From assembly GCA_963835985.1 (NCBI GenBank), contig CAWIHV010000007.1, positions 281,975 through 345,974 of the forward strand: a DNA stretch of 64,000 nt. The letters are read 5' to 3'. Source of the DNA: an uncultured Actinomycetes bacterium. Lineage in GTDB: Bacteria > Actinomycetota > Acidimicrobiia > IMCC26256 > DASPTH01. The notes below the pieces were generated by a model. It made no database searches, was not told the origin of the DNA, and saw nothing but the letters and a program-made list of their open reading frames with translations. The position numbers were made by a program, and so were the translations under genes. Of the stretch, positions 53,163 to 64,000 are shown piece by piece. Every line of letters starts with the position of its first letter. The first letter of the stretch is position 1.

Positions 53163-54002
53163 ATGCGAGTCTTCGTCGGCACAGACGGATCGATCGGCGG
53201 GCAGTCCGCCCTACGGTGGGCCGTCGGCTTCACCGAGGCACTCGACGGCGAGCTGGTGGTGGCATCGGCGTGGCAGCCGACATTCGCAGAGGTCTCGAAC
53301 GAGGAGTTCGGCGCCCTCCGCGCCGAGGCGGCCGACCACCTCGATGCATGGTGCGGACCGGCGCGCGCGGCCGACGTCGCGTTCAGGAGTGTTCTTCTCG
53401 ACGGTGATCCGCGTCAACAGCTGCTGGCCGCGGCTGAGGCCGAGGAGGCCGATCTCCTCGTCGTCGGGGCTCGCGGGATGGGCGGCCACACCCACGCGCT
53501 ACATCTCGGGAGTGTGACCCACCACCTGGTGCACCACACGAGACGGCCCATCGCGGCCATCCCGGCGTCGGCACGGTCAGCATGGCCGGCACCGGTCGTG
53601 GTGGGTGTCGACGGATCGGACGGCAGTCTCGGCGCCGTGGCCTGGTGCGAGGCGGTGGGCTCGGCGGTCGCGACGGAGGTGATCGCAGTGCATGCCGAGG
53701 AGCCACTGGCAGAGTGGGTGCCGCACTCGGATCCGCGCAGCTGGCACCAGGTAGCTCGGAAGCACTGCGACGCGTGGGTCGCGCCGCTGCGCCGTGCCGG
53801 GGTCGCCGTGCGTGTCCTCGTCGCTGCTGGGAGTCCAGTCGACGCGCTGACGGATGCCGCGCTCCAGGAAGGGGCCGGGTTGTTGGTGGTGGGTTCTCGA
53901 GGGCTGGGTGGGATCAGCGGGCTTCGTCTCGGCTCGACCGCGCTCAAGGTCCTCCATCATGGCCAGGTGCCGGTCGTCATGGTTCCCGCCGACGGTGAGT
54001 GA
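53163..54002 (+). CDS. universal stress protein, tandem USP domains
   Basis: Two copies of ...LLVVG[AS]RG[ML]GG...LGS[VT]... (LLVVGARGMGGHTHALHLGSVTHHL and LLVVGSRGLGGISGLRLGSTALKVL). Confidence 0.85.
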   Translation: MRVFVGTDGSIGGQSALRWAVGFTEALDGELVVASAWQPTFAEVSNEEFGALRAEAADHLDAWCGPARAADVAFRSVLLDGDPRQQLLAAAEAEEADLLVVGARGMGGHTHALHLGSVTHHLVHHTRRPIAAIPASARSAWPAPVVVGVDGSDGSLGAVAWCEAVGSAVATEVIAVHAEEPLAEWVPHSDPRSWHQVARKHCDAWVAPLRRAGVAVRVLVAAGSPVDALTDAALQEGAGLLVVGSRGLGGISGLRLGSTALKVLHHGQVPVVMVPADGE

Positions 54003-54058
54003 GCCGCGACGACGAGCGCGCGCACCGCACGTGCACCACAACGGAAAGCCAGACGCGG

Positions 54059-54220
54059 TCAGCTGCCGTCACTCACGGCGCCGTTGACCCGCAGGGTCAC
54101 CACGCCAGAAGCGTCGATCTGGTCGCGGCGGACCCGGTGGTGGGAGCGTCGGTCGTCTCGGTGGACAGTACGGGCACCCCACCGGCCCCGCAGCATGCGG
54201 TTCGCGTGAATCACTCGCAT
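54059..54220 (-). pseudogene. short relic resembling the C-terminal part of an IS481/integrase-core-type transposase
   Basis: The 53-aa frame MRVIHANRMLRGRWGARTVHRDDRRSHHRVRRDQIDASGVVTLRVNGAVSDGS* contains the string RRVRRDQIDASGVVTLRVNG. From memory, this resembles the ...RRVRxDxIDxxGxVTLRxNG... block of actinobacterial IS481-like transposases. No DDE core is present. Confidence 0.35.
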
Positions 54221-54295
54221 GGATCATTCGTATGGGACGATGCACGGGCGGGGTCGTCGTGGTGAGATCGACCGACCCGTACCTGGGAGGGGTCG

Positions 54296-55490
54296 ATGAG
54301 CTCGAATGGAACGCCTCGTTGGCGTCGGATCGTGGGCGCAGTCCTACTCGTCGTGGGCTGCGTGCTCGTGCCGGTCTCGTTGAGCGCAGTGTGGGTGCGC
54401 AACACGCTGCTCGACACCGACAACTACGTCTCGACGGTCGGTCCGCTCGCTGACGATCCAGCCGTCCAGCAAGCGATCGCGAACCGGGTCACCGACGCCC
54501 TGTTCGCCAACGTCGACGTCGAGGAGAAGGTCTCCGAGGCACTCCCCGCGCGTGCCGGGTTCCTCGCCACGCCGGTCGCGAACGGCATCCGCACCGCAGT
54601 CGAAGCCGCCACGCTGCGACTGGCGGAGTCGGACCGGTTCGGAACCCTCTGGGACAAGGCGAACCGGCGCGCGCACGAAGCGGTCGTGAACGTGCTGACC
54701 GGCGGCGGGAGCCGCGTCACGACCGAGAACGGCACCGTGGCCATCGACACCGCCCAGATCGTCGAGAACGTGAAGGCGAAGCTCGACGCTCGCGGCATCA
54801 CGGTCTTCGACGACGTCGAACCGCGCCACGAGCAGTTCGTGCTGTTCCAGTCCAACGACCTCGCACAGGTGCAAGGGCTGGTCGATCTCCTCCAGACGCT
54901 CGCCTGGGTCCTGCCGTTCGTCGCGCTCGGCCTGCTTCGCCGGCGCCATCGCGCTGTCGGGGAACCGACGCCGCACCGTCCAGCGCGGTGCACTCGGCGT
55001 CGCCTTCGCGGTTGCGGTCCAGCTGGTCCTCCTCAAGGCAGGTCGGAACCTCTATCTCGACGCGGTGACGACCAAGAAGTCGACACCGGGCGCGGCTGGA
55101 TCCGTCTGGGACCAGCTCACGAGCTTCCTGCGCACCGCCGGCCTCGCCGCGATCGCCCTCGCGCTGGTGATCGCCTTCGTCGCCTGGGTCGTCGGACCGT
55201 CGTCGTCGGCGACGAGCCTCCGCGGCTGGTGGAACCGAACACTCGGGACGTCGCGCGCATCCGGCTCCGAGGCCACGTCGCCGGGTCCCGTGGCCACCTT
55301 CGTCGCTCGTTCCAAGCCCCTGCTGCGCGGCATCGGCGCGGCCATCGCCTTCATCGTGCTGATCCTCTGGAACCACCCGACCGCGCTCACCGTCCTCGGG
55401 ATCGGAGTTCTGCTCGTCGTCTACCTCGTCGTCCTCGAGCTCCTCGGGCGCAGCGCAACGCACGCGCCGTCCAACGCAACCACTCCGTAG
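54296..55490 (+). CDS. integral membrane protein, unknown function; one frame break near 54935
   Basis: MSSNGTPRWRRIVGAVLLVVGCVLVPVSLSAVWVRNTLLDTDNYVSTVGPLADDPAVQQAIANRVTDALF..., then TM-rich ...AIALALVIAFVAWVVG...AAIAFIVLILWNHPTALTVLGIGVLLVVYLVVLELL. Confidence 0.6.
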
Positions 55491-55617
55491 TCCGTCGGCT
55501 CAGAAAATTTCGTGCTCTACGCCACCACGTCAGTGTTCACTGCGGCCTTCAGCCTCGTGGACGGCATCTTGCTCTTCACCGGACACGCGCCTTTGCTGCC
55601 GGCACTGACCGGATGAT

Positions 55618-56298
55618 TCAGACGCGCTCGAGGGTGTTCGTGTCGACGTGCTCAACCTCGGCGTCCGCGCGAGTCTGCCGCGCCGTGTCCTCGTAGGAGA
55701 ACGAGCTGCCGTCCTTGGTGATGACCATCGTCGATTCGAACCGGAACGTCTGCGCCGACCCCGACAGGATCGGGTTCGACACGATGCCACCGGTCTGTGG
55801 ATCGTCCGAAGCGACGGCGACGAAGACCAACTCCGTCGCGTCGTCGTTGACACGGATCTCCTGCGTCGCCGCGAGCACGGTCACCCCTCTCGGCAGCGCG
55901 ATGACCCGATAGGCCTGCTGCGCGTCGCCGTCCCACAACAGGTATCCCGTCTCCCGATGCAGAGCCTTGTCCTCGAAGACGGGTGGCTCCTCGTCATCGG
56001 TGGGCTCGCGGCGTCTCCACGAGTCGCGCGTGTAACTCAACCCGTCGAGCACCTGGGGTCCGTTCTCGACGGGCTCCGGGAGCGGAAAGAACGACCAGGA
56101 CTCTCGAAAGCCCTCGTTGTGCGCGACTTCGTTGCGATCGTTGTCGAACGAAGTGTCGCTCCCTTGGGTGCTGTCGTAGTTGGCGACCAGCGAGTGTCCG
56201 AGCACGGTGAACGGGCCGAGCGATCCGGGCTCCAAGTCGGACAACGAGAAGCCATAGTTCGGCAGACCGGATTCGGGGTCGATCGACGGGCCGGTCAT
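55618..56298 (-). CDS. hypothetical protein (possible lipocalin/nitrobindin-like beta-barrel)
   Basis: Intact 226 aa. ...HRETGYLLWDGDAQQAYRVIALPRGVTVLAATQ...ELVFVAVASDD...TFRFESTMVITKDGSSFSYEDT has an alternating beta-strand pattern. The ATG at 56298 overlaps the upstream stop (ATGA). The family call is weak. Confidence 0.45.
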   Translation of the reverse strand: MTGPSIDPESGLPNYGFSLSDLEPGSLGPFTVLGHSLVANYDSTQGSDTSFDNDRNEVAHNEGFRESWSFFPLPEPVENGPQVLDGLSYTRDSWRRREPTDDEEPPVFEDKALHRETGYLLWDGDAQQAYRVIALPRGVTVLAATQEIRVNDDATELVFVAVASDDPQTGGIVSNPILSGSAQTFRFESTMVITKDGSSFSYEDTARQTRADAEVEHVDTNTLERV

Positions 56299-56765
56299 GG
56301 CGCACACGGCGAGGTGATGTCGATCCAGACCTCGCCCGGCTGGGTGAGACGAACCGACGTGTAGAACGCAGAGTTGCCCGCATTCACGTTGAGGTTGGTG
56401 CAGTCCCACTTCAAGCGAATGTTGCGATCGAGGTTCGCGGGTTGCAGCGCGGCTGCGAGCGCCCGCGCCATCTCCGAGCTGATCCTCTCCCTGGTGATGT
56501 TCGGCCACCACCCGGAGCTCCCGCCGCGCCAGTGCTTGTTGAAGTGGTTGATCCCTGGATTGTGAGCCAAGGTCGGGGCGGTAGGGCCCGTGAGGTTGCC
56601 GCCGGTGCTGACGCCGGCCAGGTTCCCGGCGACGGCATTGCGCGCAGCGGATCGGTTGGCCTGCTTGTTGTTCGGGTCGTTCAACCAGCCCTCGACCTGC
56701 TTGAAGAACCGGGCCGAACCGCCTCTGCTCGTCGACGTTTCCACTGGGTCGGGCATACCAGGCAT
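56295..56765 (-). CDS. hypothetical protein (156 aa, Asn/Gly-rich, 2 Cys), no recognisable family
   Basis: An AAGGAGG ribosome-binding site lies 5 nt before the ATG at 56765. MPGMPDPVETSTSRGGSARFFKQVEGWLNDPNNKQANRS...HFNKHWRGGSSGWWPNITRE...IRLKWDCTNLNVNAGNSAFYTSVRLTQPGEVWIDITSPCAP*. Confidence 0.5.
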   Translation of the reverse strand: MPGMPDPVETSTSRGGSARFFKQVEGWLNDPNNKQANRSAARNAVAGNLAGVSTGGNLTGPTAPTLAHNPGINHFNKHWRGGSSGWWPNITRERISSEMARALAAALQPANLDRNIRLKWDCTNLNVNAGNSAFYTSVRLTQPGEVWIDITSPCAP

Positions 56766-56820
56766 AGGTGCCTCCTTGCCGCGAAGAGCAGAGTGCCTCA
56801 CCTGAACCATTCGCGCAACC

Positions 56821-57744
56821 ATGAGGTGCGCTCGACCGATACGCTCACCACCCGTGGGGGACGGCGTCGCGATCACGCGCGGACTGCTGGGCGCGGCGCA
56901 GGTCGGGCGGGGCCCGACCACCGAGCAGCTCCGCCTCGTGCAGAGCCTGGCCCACGGGTACTTCGGCCTCGATGTCGACGTGACGACGCTCTCGCCGGCG
57001 TCGGCGTCGGAGCTGGCTGGTCACGTCGACGCCGCCGACGCCAAACGGGTGGTCGATCTCCTGGTGGTGGTCGAGTTCTGCCGACACGGTGACGAAGCGG
57101 CGCAGGCGGCGCGCACCGAGCACTACGCGCGGGCGCTCGGTGTCGACGAGCCGTTCGTGCTCGTCGCGCGCGACGCGCTGACCGAGGGTCACGAACGGGT
57201 GATGACGGACTGGGCCCGATTCCGCGAGGCGTCGCCGATGGAACCGGGTCTGCCTCCGACCGACGCCGAGCTCGCCGGTCGGCTCCGAGCGCTCAGCGCC
57301 TGCGCCCCGGGCACGCTCGGGCGCGCGTACTTCGACTTCCTCGACGGCCACGGGATCCCCTTCCCCGGCGAAGCGGGCGGGGGCGATGCCACGCTCGTGT
57401 CCCACGACTTCAGTCACGTGATCGCGGGCTACGCCACCGACGCACCGAGCGAGCTCGCGCTGCAAGCGATGCTGGTGAGCGCCACCGGCTTCGAGCACCA
57501 CTTCTCCGGTCTCGTCGCCTCGTTGGCCCTCTACGAGACGGGGAAGTTCGACATCCTCGACATCCAGGGGCGGGTCGGCGCGCTCGACCGTCCGGGCGCG
57601 AGCGAGGAGCTCGCGGAGGCGTTCCACCGCGGCGCGGGGTGCGCGGTCGACTTCTCGTCGATCGACCACCTGGCGCGGGCCGACGATCCGCTCGACGAGG
57701 TGCGGTTCGACTGCGGGATACCCCCACGCGCCGCCGTCGCGTGA
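56821..57744 (+). CDS. Coq4-family protein (HDxxH-x11-E metal motif)
   Basis: Intact. ...LVSHDFSHVIAGYATDAPSELALQAM... matches the Coq4 HDxxH(x)11E signature exactly. The true start may lie downstream of 56821. Confidence 0.65.
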   Translation: MRCARPIRSPPVGDGVAITRGLLGAAQVGRGPTTEQLRLVQSLAHGYFGLDVDVTTLSPASASELAGHVDAADAKRVVDLLVVVEFCRHGDEAAQAARTEHYARALGVDEPFVLVARDALTEGHERVMTDWARFREASPMEPGLPPTDAELAGRLRALSACAPGTLGRAYFDFLDGHGIPFPGEAGGGDATLVSHDFSHVIAGYATDAPSELALQAMLVSATGFEHHFSGLVASLALYETGKFDILDIQGRVGALDRPGASEELAEAFHRGAGCAVDFSSIDHLARADDPLDEVRFDCGIPPRAAVA

Positions 57745-57869
57745 ACTGATCGTGTTCAGTCGGCGAGCAGGTCGTCGCCGCGCGGCGGCGTTCCGCCGAT
57801 CGACGGTGAGACGACCGCGAGCGTCCGGCAACTGACGCGCCGAACCATCGGTGCCAGACTCGTTGGTGC

Positions 57870-58310
57870 ATGGACGTCGACGTCCAGACCGAGATCGTGA
57901 TCGAGCGACCTGTGGACGTCGTCGCGGCCTATGCGACTGATCCGTCGAACGCACCCGAGTGGTACGAGCGGATCGACTCGGTCGAGTGGGAGACACCACC
58001 GCCCGCCGCGGTGGGCAGTCGTGTTGCGTTCGTGGCGCGGTTCCTCGGCCGTCGCCTCGCGTACACGTACGAGCTCGTCGAGTTCACACCCGGCGAGCGC
58101 CTCGTGATGCGGACCGCGGAGGGTCCGTTTCCCATGGAGACCACCTACACCTGGTCCGAGGCGGGGGCGACATCGACGCACATGACGCTGCGCAACCGCG
58201 GTCGACCCTCGGGGTTCTCCAAGGCGCTCGCGCCGTTCATGGTCCCGGCCATGCGCCGCGCCAATCGGAAGGACCTCGCGCGCATCAAGGCGATCCTCGA
58301 ATCGAGCTGA
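57870..58310 (+). CDS. SRPBCC-superfamily (polyketide cyclase/dehydrase-like) protein
   Basis: Intact 146 aa. MDVDVQTEIVIERPVDVVAAYATDPSNAPEWYERIDSVEW...YELVEFTPGERLVMRTAEGPFPMETTYTW. Confidence 0.8.
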   Translation: MDVDVQTEIVIERPVDVVAAYATDPSNAPEWYERIDSVEWETPPPAAVGSRVAFVARFLGRRLAYTYELVEFTPGERLVMRTAEGPFPMETTYTWSEAGATSTHMTLRNRGRPSGFSKALAPFMVPAMRRANRKDLARIKAILESS

Positions 58311-58512
58311 ACGTCCGGCGGCGATGTTTGGAGATGGGTTGAATCGGGTTCCACGAAGAGCTGGGCCCTCCGGGCCCTTGTCCGCGATGCCCGTTCTGTA
58401 CCCCCCGGTCGGGTGTCCTTTCGAACCCCGACCTGTCACATCGCGGGCCGCTGATCCGTCGTAGGGGAGAGCGACCGTCCCCCCGCGGCGCGCAGCACAG
58501 GAAGGAAAGCTC

Positions 58513-59496
58513 ATGGCAGCGATCATCGAGGCAGAGGGTCTGACCAAGCGCTTCGGCGACGTCCGCGCGCTCGATGGCCTCGACCTGACCGCCCAGTCGG
58601 GCCAGGTCACCGCGCTCCTCGGACCGAACGGAGCCGGCAAGACGACGTTCGTGAGCGCGGTCGCGACGCTCCTGCGTCCCGATGGCGGCCGCATCCGGGT
58701 CGCCGGCATCGATGCGGCCACCGAGCCGAAGCGAGTGCGCAAGATCATCGGGCTCGCCGGGCAGTACGCGTCGATCGAGCCGGCGATGAAGGGCATCGAG
58801 AACCTGCGGATGGTCGCGCGTCTCTTCGGCCTCAGCCGCCGGGACGCCGACATCGCGGCCACGGACGTGCTCGAGCGACTGGATCTCGCGGACGCCGGCG
58901 ACCGTCTCGTGCGCACGTACTCGGGTGGGATGCGCCGCCGTCTCGACCTCGGCGCCAGCCTGGTCGGGCGACCCCAGCTGCTCCTCCTCGACGAGCCGAC
59001 GACGGGACTCGACCCGCGTGGCCGCATGGATCTGTGGGCGGCGATCCGCAACCTGGTCGCCGACGGCACCGACGTCCTGCTGACGACGCAGTACCTCGAG
59101 GAGGCGGACCAGTTGGCGCGCCACATCGTGATCGTCGACCACGGCCGCGTCATCTCCGCGGGCACGCCCGACGAGTTGAAGGACCAGGCCGGGCGCAACG
59201 TGATCGAGGTGCGGCCGCGCTCGGGTGGCGACCTGCCTGCGGTCGAGGAGACCCTCGCCCGGATCGGGTGCGACACACCGCACACCGACCTGGACACGCA
59301 ACGCGTCTCCGCGCGCGTCGAGGGGGGTGGGGAGCAGCTCCGCGACGTCGTCCGCCTGCTGGACGAACGCGGCATCGAGGTCGACGACGTCGGCCTTCGG
59401 CGGCCGAGCCTCGACGAGGTGTTCCTCTCGGTCACCGGCCAGCACCTCGACCCGACCGACCCCGACTCGCAGTCGGCCACCGCCGACGCGGCCTGA
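58513..59496 (+). CDS. ABC transporter ATP-binding protein (DrrA-like)
   Basis: Intact. Walker A GPNGAGKTT, signature YSGGMRRRL, Walker B LLLLDEPTTGLD. Confidence 0.9.
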   Translation: MAAIIEAEGLTKRFGDVRALDGLDLTAQSGQVTALLGPNGAGKTTFVSAVATLLRPDGGRIRVAGIDAATEPKRVRKIIGLAGQYASIEPAMKGIENLRMVARLFGLSRRDADIAATDVLERLDLADAGDRLVRTYSGGMRRRLDLGASLVGRPQLLLLDEPTTGLDPRGRMDLWAAIRNLVADGTDVLLTTQYLEEADQLARHIVIVDHGRVISAGTPDELKDQAGRNVIEVRPRSGGDLPAVEETLARIGCDTPHTDLDTQRVSARVEGGGEQLRDVVRLLDERGIEVDDVGLRRPSLDEVFLSVTGQHLDPTDPDSQSATADAA

Positions 59497-59510
59497 TCCC
59501 GGGAGCTCCG

Positions 59511-60359
59511 ATGACGACCACCGACACGCTCACCACCGACCGCTCCACCGCGACCAGGGTCGCGCCCGCGACCGGCGCCAACTGGGTGACCGCTTCGCTC
59601 CAGAGCGCGAAGCGCACCATCCTCCAGTTCTTCCGCACTCCACAGCTGCTCATGTTGGGCACGGTGCAGGGCGCGTTGTTCCTCTTCATGTTCCGGTACA
59701 TCTTCGGAGGCGCCATCAACCCGGGTGGAGGGTTGGACTACGTCGACTTCCTGGTGCCGGGATTCCTCGTCACCGGGATCCTGTGGCTCGGCATGCCGGC
59801 GAGCTCCGGCGTCGCGGAGGACGCGACGACCGGCGTGCACGACCGGCTCCGGTCGCTCCCGATCCCGCGGTCCTCGGTGATGTTCGGACGGTCGATCGCC
59901 GACACGGCTCTGACCCTGTGGGGACTGCTCATCACTGGGGTGCTGGCGTTCGTCTTCGGGTTCCGCCTCCACGCCGATGCGCTCGACGTGCTCCTCGCGG
60001 TCGCGTTGTTGATCATCGCGACGTACACGTTCATGTGGGTCTTCATCACCATCGGCCTGGTCTCGAGCAGCGCGCAGGCGGCGAACGGCATGGCGACCCT
60101 GCTGGTGATCCCGGTCGCGTTCATCTCCGCGGCGTACGTGCCGGCCGATTCGCTGCCGAGCTGGCTGCAACCCGTGGCCGACAACCAGCCGTTCACGGTC
60201 CTCAGCAACGCGCTGCGCAGCCTGACGCTCGGAGGCACCGACAAGGTGGGCATCGGCCACACGACGACCCATTGGGTGGTCCTGAGCCTCGTGTGGTGCG
60301 GCGGCATCTTCCTCGTCTTCAGCACGATCGCCGTCTCCCGGTTCTCGCGGAGGCGCTGA
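59511..60359 (+). CDS. ABC-2-type permease (DrrB-like)
   Basis: ATG 59511, six predicted TM segments. ...RTPQLLMLGTVQGALFLFMFRYIFGG...LRSLPIPRSSVMFGR...WLQPVADNQPFT. Confidence 0.85.
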   Translation: MTTTDTLTTDRSTATRVAPATGANWVTASLQSAKRTILQFFRTPQLLMLGTVQGALFLFMFRYIFGGAINPGGGLDYVDFLVPGFLVTGILWLGMPASSGVAEDATTGVHDRLRSLPIPRSSVMFGRSIADTALTLWGLLITGVLAFVFGFRLHADALDVLLAVALLIIATYTFMWVFITIGLVSSSAQAANGMATLLVIPVAFISAAYVPADSLPSWLQPVADNQPFTVLSNALRSLTLGGTDKVGIGHTTTHWVVLSLVWCGGIFLVFSTIAVSRFSRRR

Positions 60360-60444
60360 GGTGCGACATCCGTCGCCCCGGGCAACCGACGCGTAGCGTC
60401 GTCGGCATGACACTGGTCCGAGGCGCGCAGGCCTGAACGACGGC

Positions 60445-62816
<2,372 letters not shown>

Positions 62817-62845
<29 letters not shown>

Positions 62846-63620
62846 CGCGGAAGATGTTGCCGGTGGCGAAGCGGGCGGCGTCGGACACGAGGTACTGGAT
62901 CAGGAGGGCCTGATCGTCGGGCTCGCCGAGCACGCCCAGCGGTGACTGCTCCTTCGACATCTCCACGAACGCGTCGTATGCCTCCTGGTCGAGGGTGCCG
63001 TCGGGCTTGTGGAGCCGCCACGTGGTGAACGGCGTGAGGGTCGCGCCGGGCGCGATGGCATTGACGCGGATCCCGTGCTCACCGGCTTCGAGTGCAGCGG
63101 TCATGGTGAGCATCGCCACCGCCGCCTTGGTGAACGCGTACACACCGATCCCGACGTACGGCCGGTCGATCGCCGCGGACGACACGTTGACGATCGAACC
63201 GCGCCCGGCGGGCTTCATGGCCCGGATCGCGTACTGGGTGCCGTAGAGCACGCCCTTGAGGTTGAGGTCGATGCCTCGGTCGATCGTGTCGTCGTCGAGA
63301 TCCTCGATGAGCCCGGGGAACATGGCGCCGGCGATGTTGCACATCGCGTCGATACGGCCGAACTCGTTGATCGCCGCGTCGACCAAGTGCTCCACGTCGG
63401 AACGTACGGTCACGTCGGTCGTCACCGCGATCGCCTGCCCGCCGACCTCGTGCACCCGCTTCAGCGTGGCGTCGAGGCCATCGGCGTTCACATCACCACA
63501 GACGACGGACGCGCCCGCGGCGGCCAGCACTTCGCAGGTCTCGGCCCCGATCCCGCTCGCGGCTCCGGTGACCACGGCCACCCGGTCGTCGAGGCGGGAG
63601 GCGTCGGCAAGGCTGCTCAT
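62817..63620 (-). CDS. SDR-family oxidoreductase
   Basis: Intact 267 aa. VAVVTGAASGIG (TGxxxGxG)...NIAG...SSAA...YAFTKAA (YxxxK). The 3' end overlaps the uvrA-like 3' end by 29 nt (convergent). Confidence 0.9.
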
Positions 63621-63705
63621 GTCGACGAAGGTACCGCGCCCCGCTGGTGACGGCCGCGGACCGCGCGTACAGTCCGGGCGACCGACGACCGCACGGGGGT
63701 GCGCG

Positions 63706-64000
63706 ATGACCGCGACCGAGTCCGACAGCAGCTCTGACCGGGCTGCGGCACCACGCCCGTTCATCTTCGACGTCGCCGAGATCGAGGGCCACACCAACGA
63801 GGAGATGATGCGCGACGCGCCGGAGGCCGAGTTCTTCTACGAGCTCCTCGGTCGCGACCTCGTCACCAAGGTGCTCGTGCAGACCGAGCAGCTGTGCGTG
63901 TACCACGAGAGCGCGAAGCCGGGTGAGCAGGTCAAGCCGCACCGGCACGGCACCTACCAGGTGAACTACGTGCTCAAGGGCGAGCTGCACTTCGGCAATC
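63706..64000 (+). CDS. cupin-domain protein (5' part; runs off the window)
   Basis: ATG 63706 MTATESDSSSDRAAAPRPFIFDVAEIEGH...GEQVKPHRHGTYQVNYVLKGELHFGN.... Confidence 0.55.
   Translation, partial: MTATESDSSSDRAAAPRPFIFDVAEIEGHTNEEMMRDAPEAEFFYELLGRDLVTKVLVQTEQLCVYHESAKPGEQVKPHRHGTYQVNYVLKGELHFGN

Noticed and set aside
55512-55616. A 34-codon plus-strand ORF (VLYATTSVFTAAFSLVDGILLFTGHAPLLPALTG*) after the membrane-protein gene.
   Set aside because: It looks like a single TM helix and could be a gene remnant or a small membrane protein. It is too short, has no ribosome-binding site and has no recognisable family, so I did not list it as a feature.

Overview
This is a very GC-rich, actinobacterial-type chromosomal segment. 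Supporting markers are WhiB, a PAC2 protein, HemQ, CIRCE/HrcA operators, amtB-glnK-glnD and an FmdB/Ruc-galU-moeA synteny. I can support about 70 protein genes, one tRNA-Ala(CGC), one SAM-I riboswitch, three CIRCE operators and several strong hairpin terminators. I found no rRNA, CRISPR array, intact transposase or integrase.

Gene content in order:
- Compatible-solute genes: otsA, treT, glycerate kinase, gpgS.
- A SAM-riboswitch-controlled ThrC-like enzyme plus a MoaD-like sulfur carrier.
- ideR, a 2-oxoacid dehydrogenase E1alpha/E1beta/E2 operon with a TetR regulator, and groEL.
- A DUF222/HNH gene, hemQ, and amtB-glnK-glnD.
- pyrE, a WS/DGAT acyltransferase, and tldD-pmbA.
- uppP, a SAF-domain protein, a Ruc-like zinc-ribbon protein, plsY, galU, moeA, moaA, moaC and a GlpR/SepX-like membrane protein.
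- A divergent MarR pair and tRNA-Ala.
- A more accessory-looking stretch from about 47 to 58 kb: a beta-helix repeat exoprotein, an sqr-tusE/dsrC-dsrE sulfur module, an ADH, a USP, a transposase relic, an unknown two-gene operon and a Coq4-family gene.
- A DrrAB-like ABC exporter next to a UvrA paralogue.

Caveat: by manual frame tracking, roughly 40-45 single-base frame breaks interrupt clearly conserved genes, including groEL. I read these as sequence or assembly indels, so many CDS coordinates span several ORF-track frames.

No clearly novel multi-gene system is demonstrable by eye. The best leads are listed in the findings.
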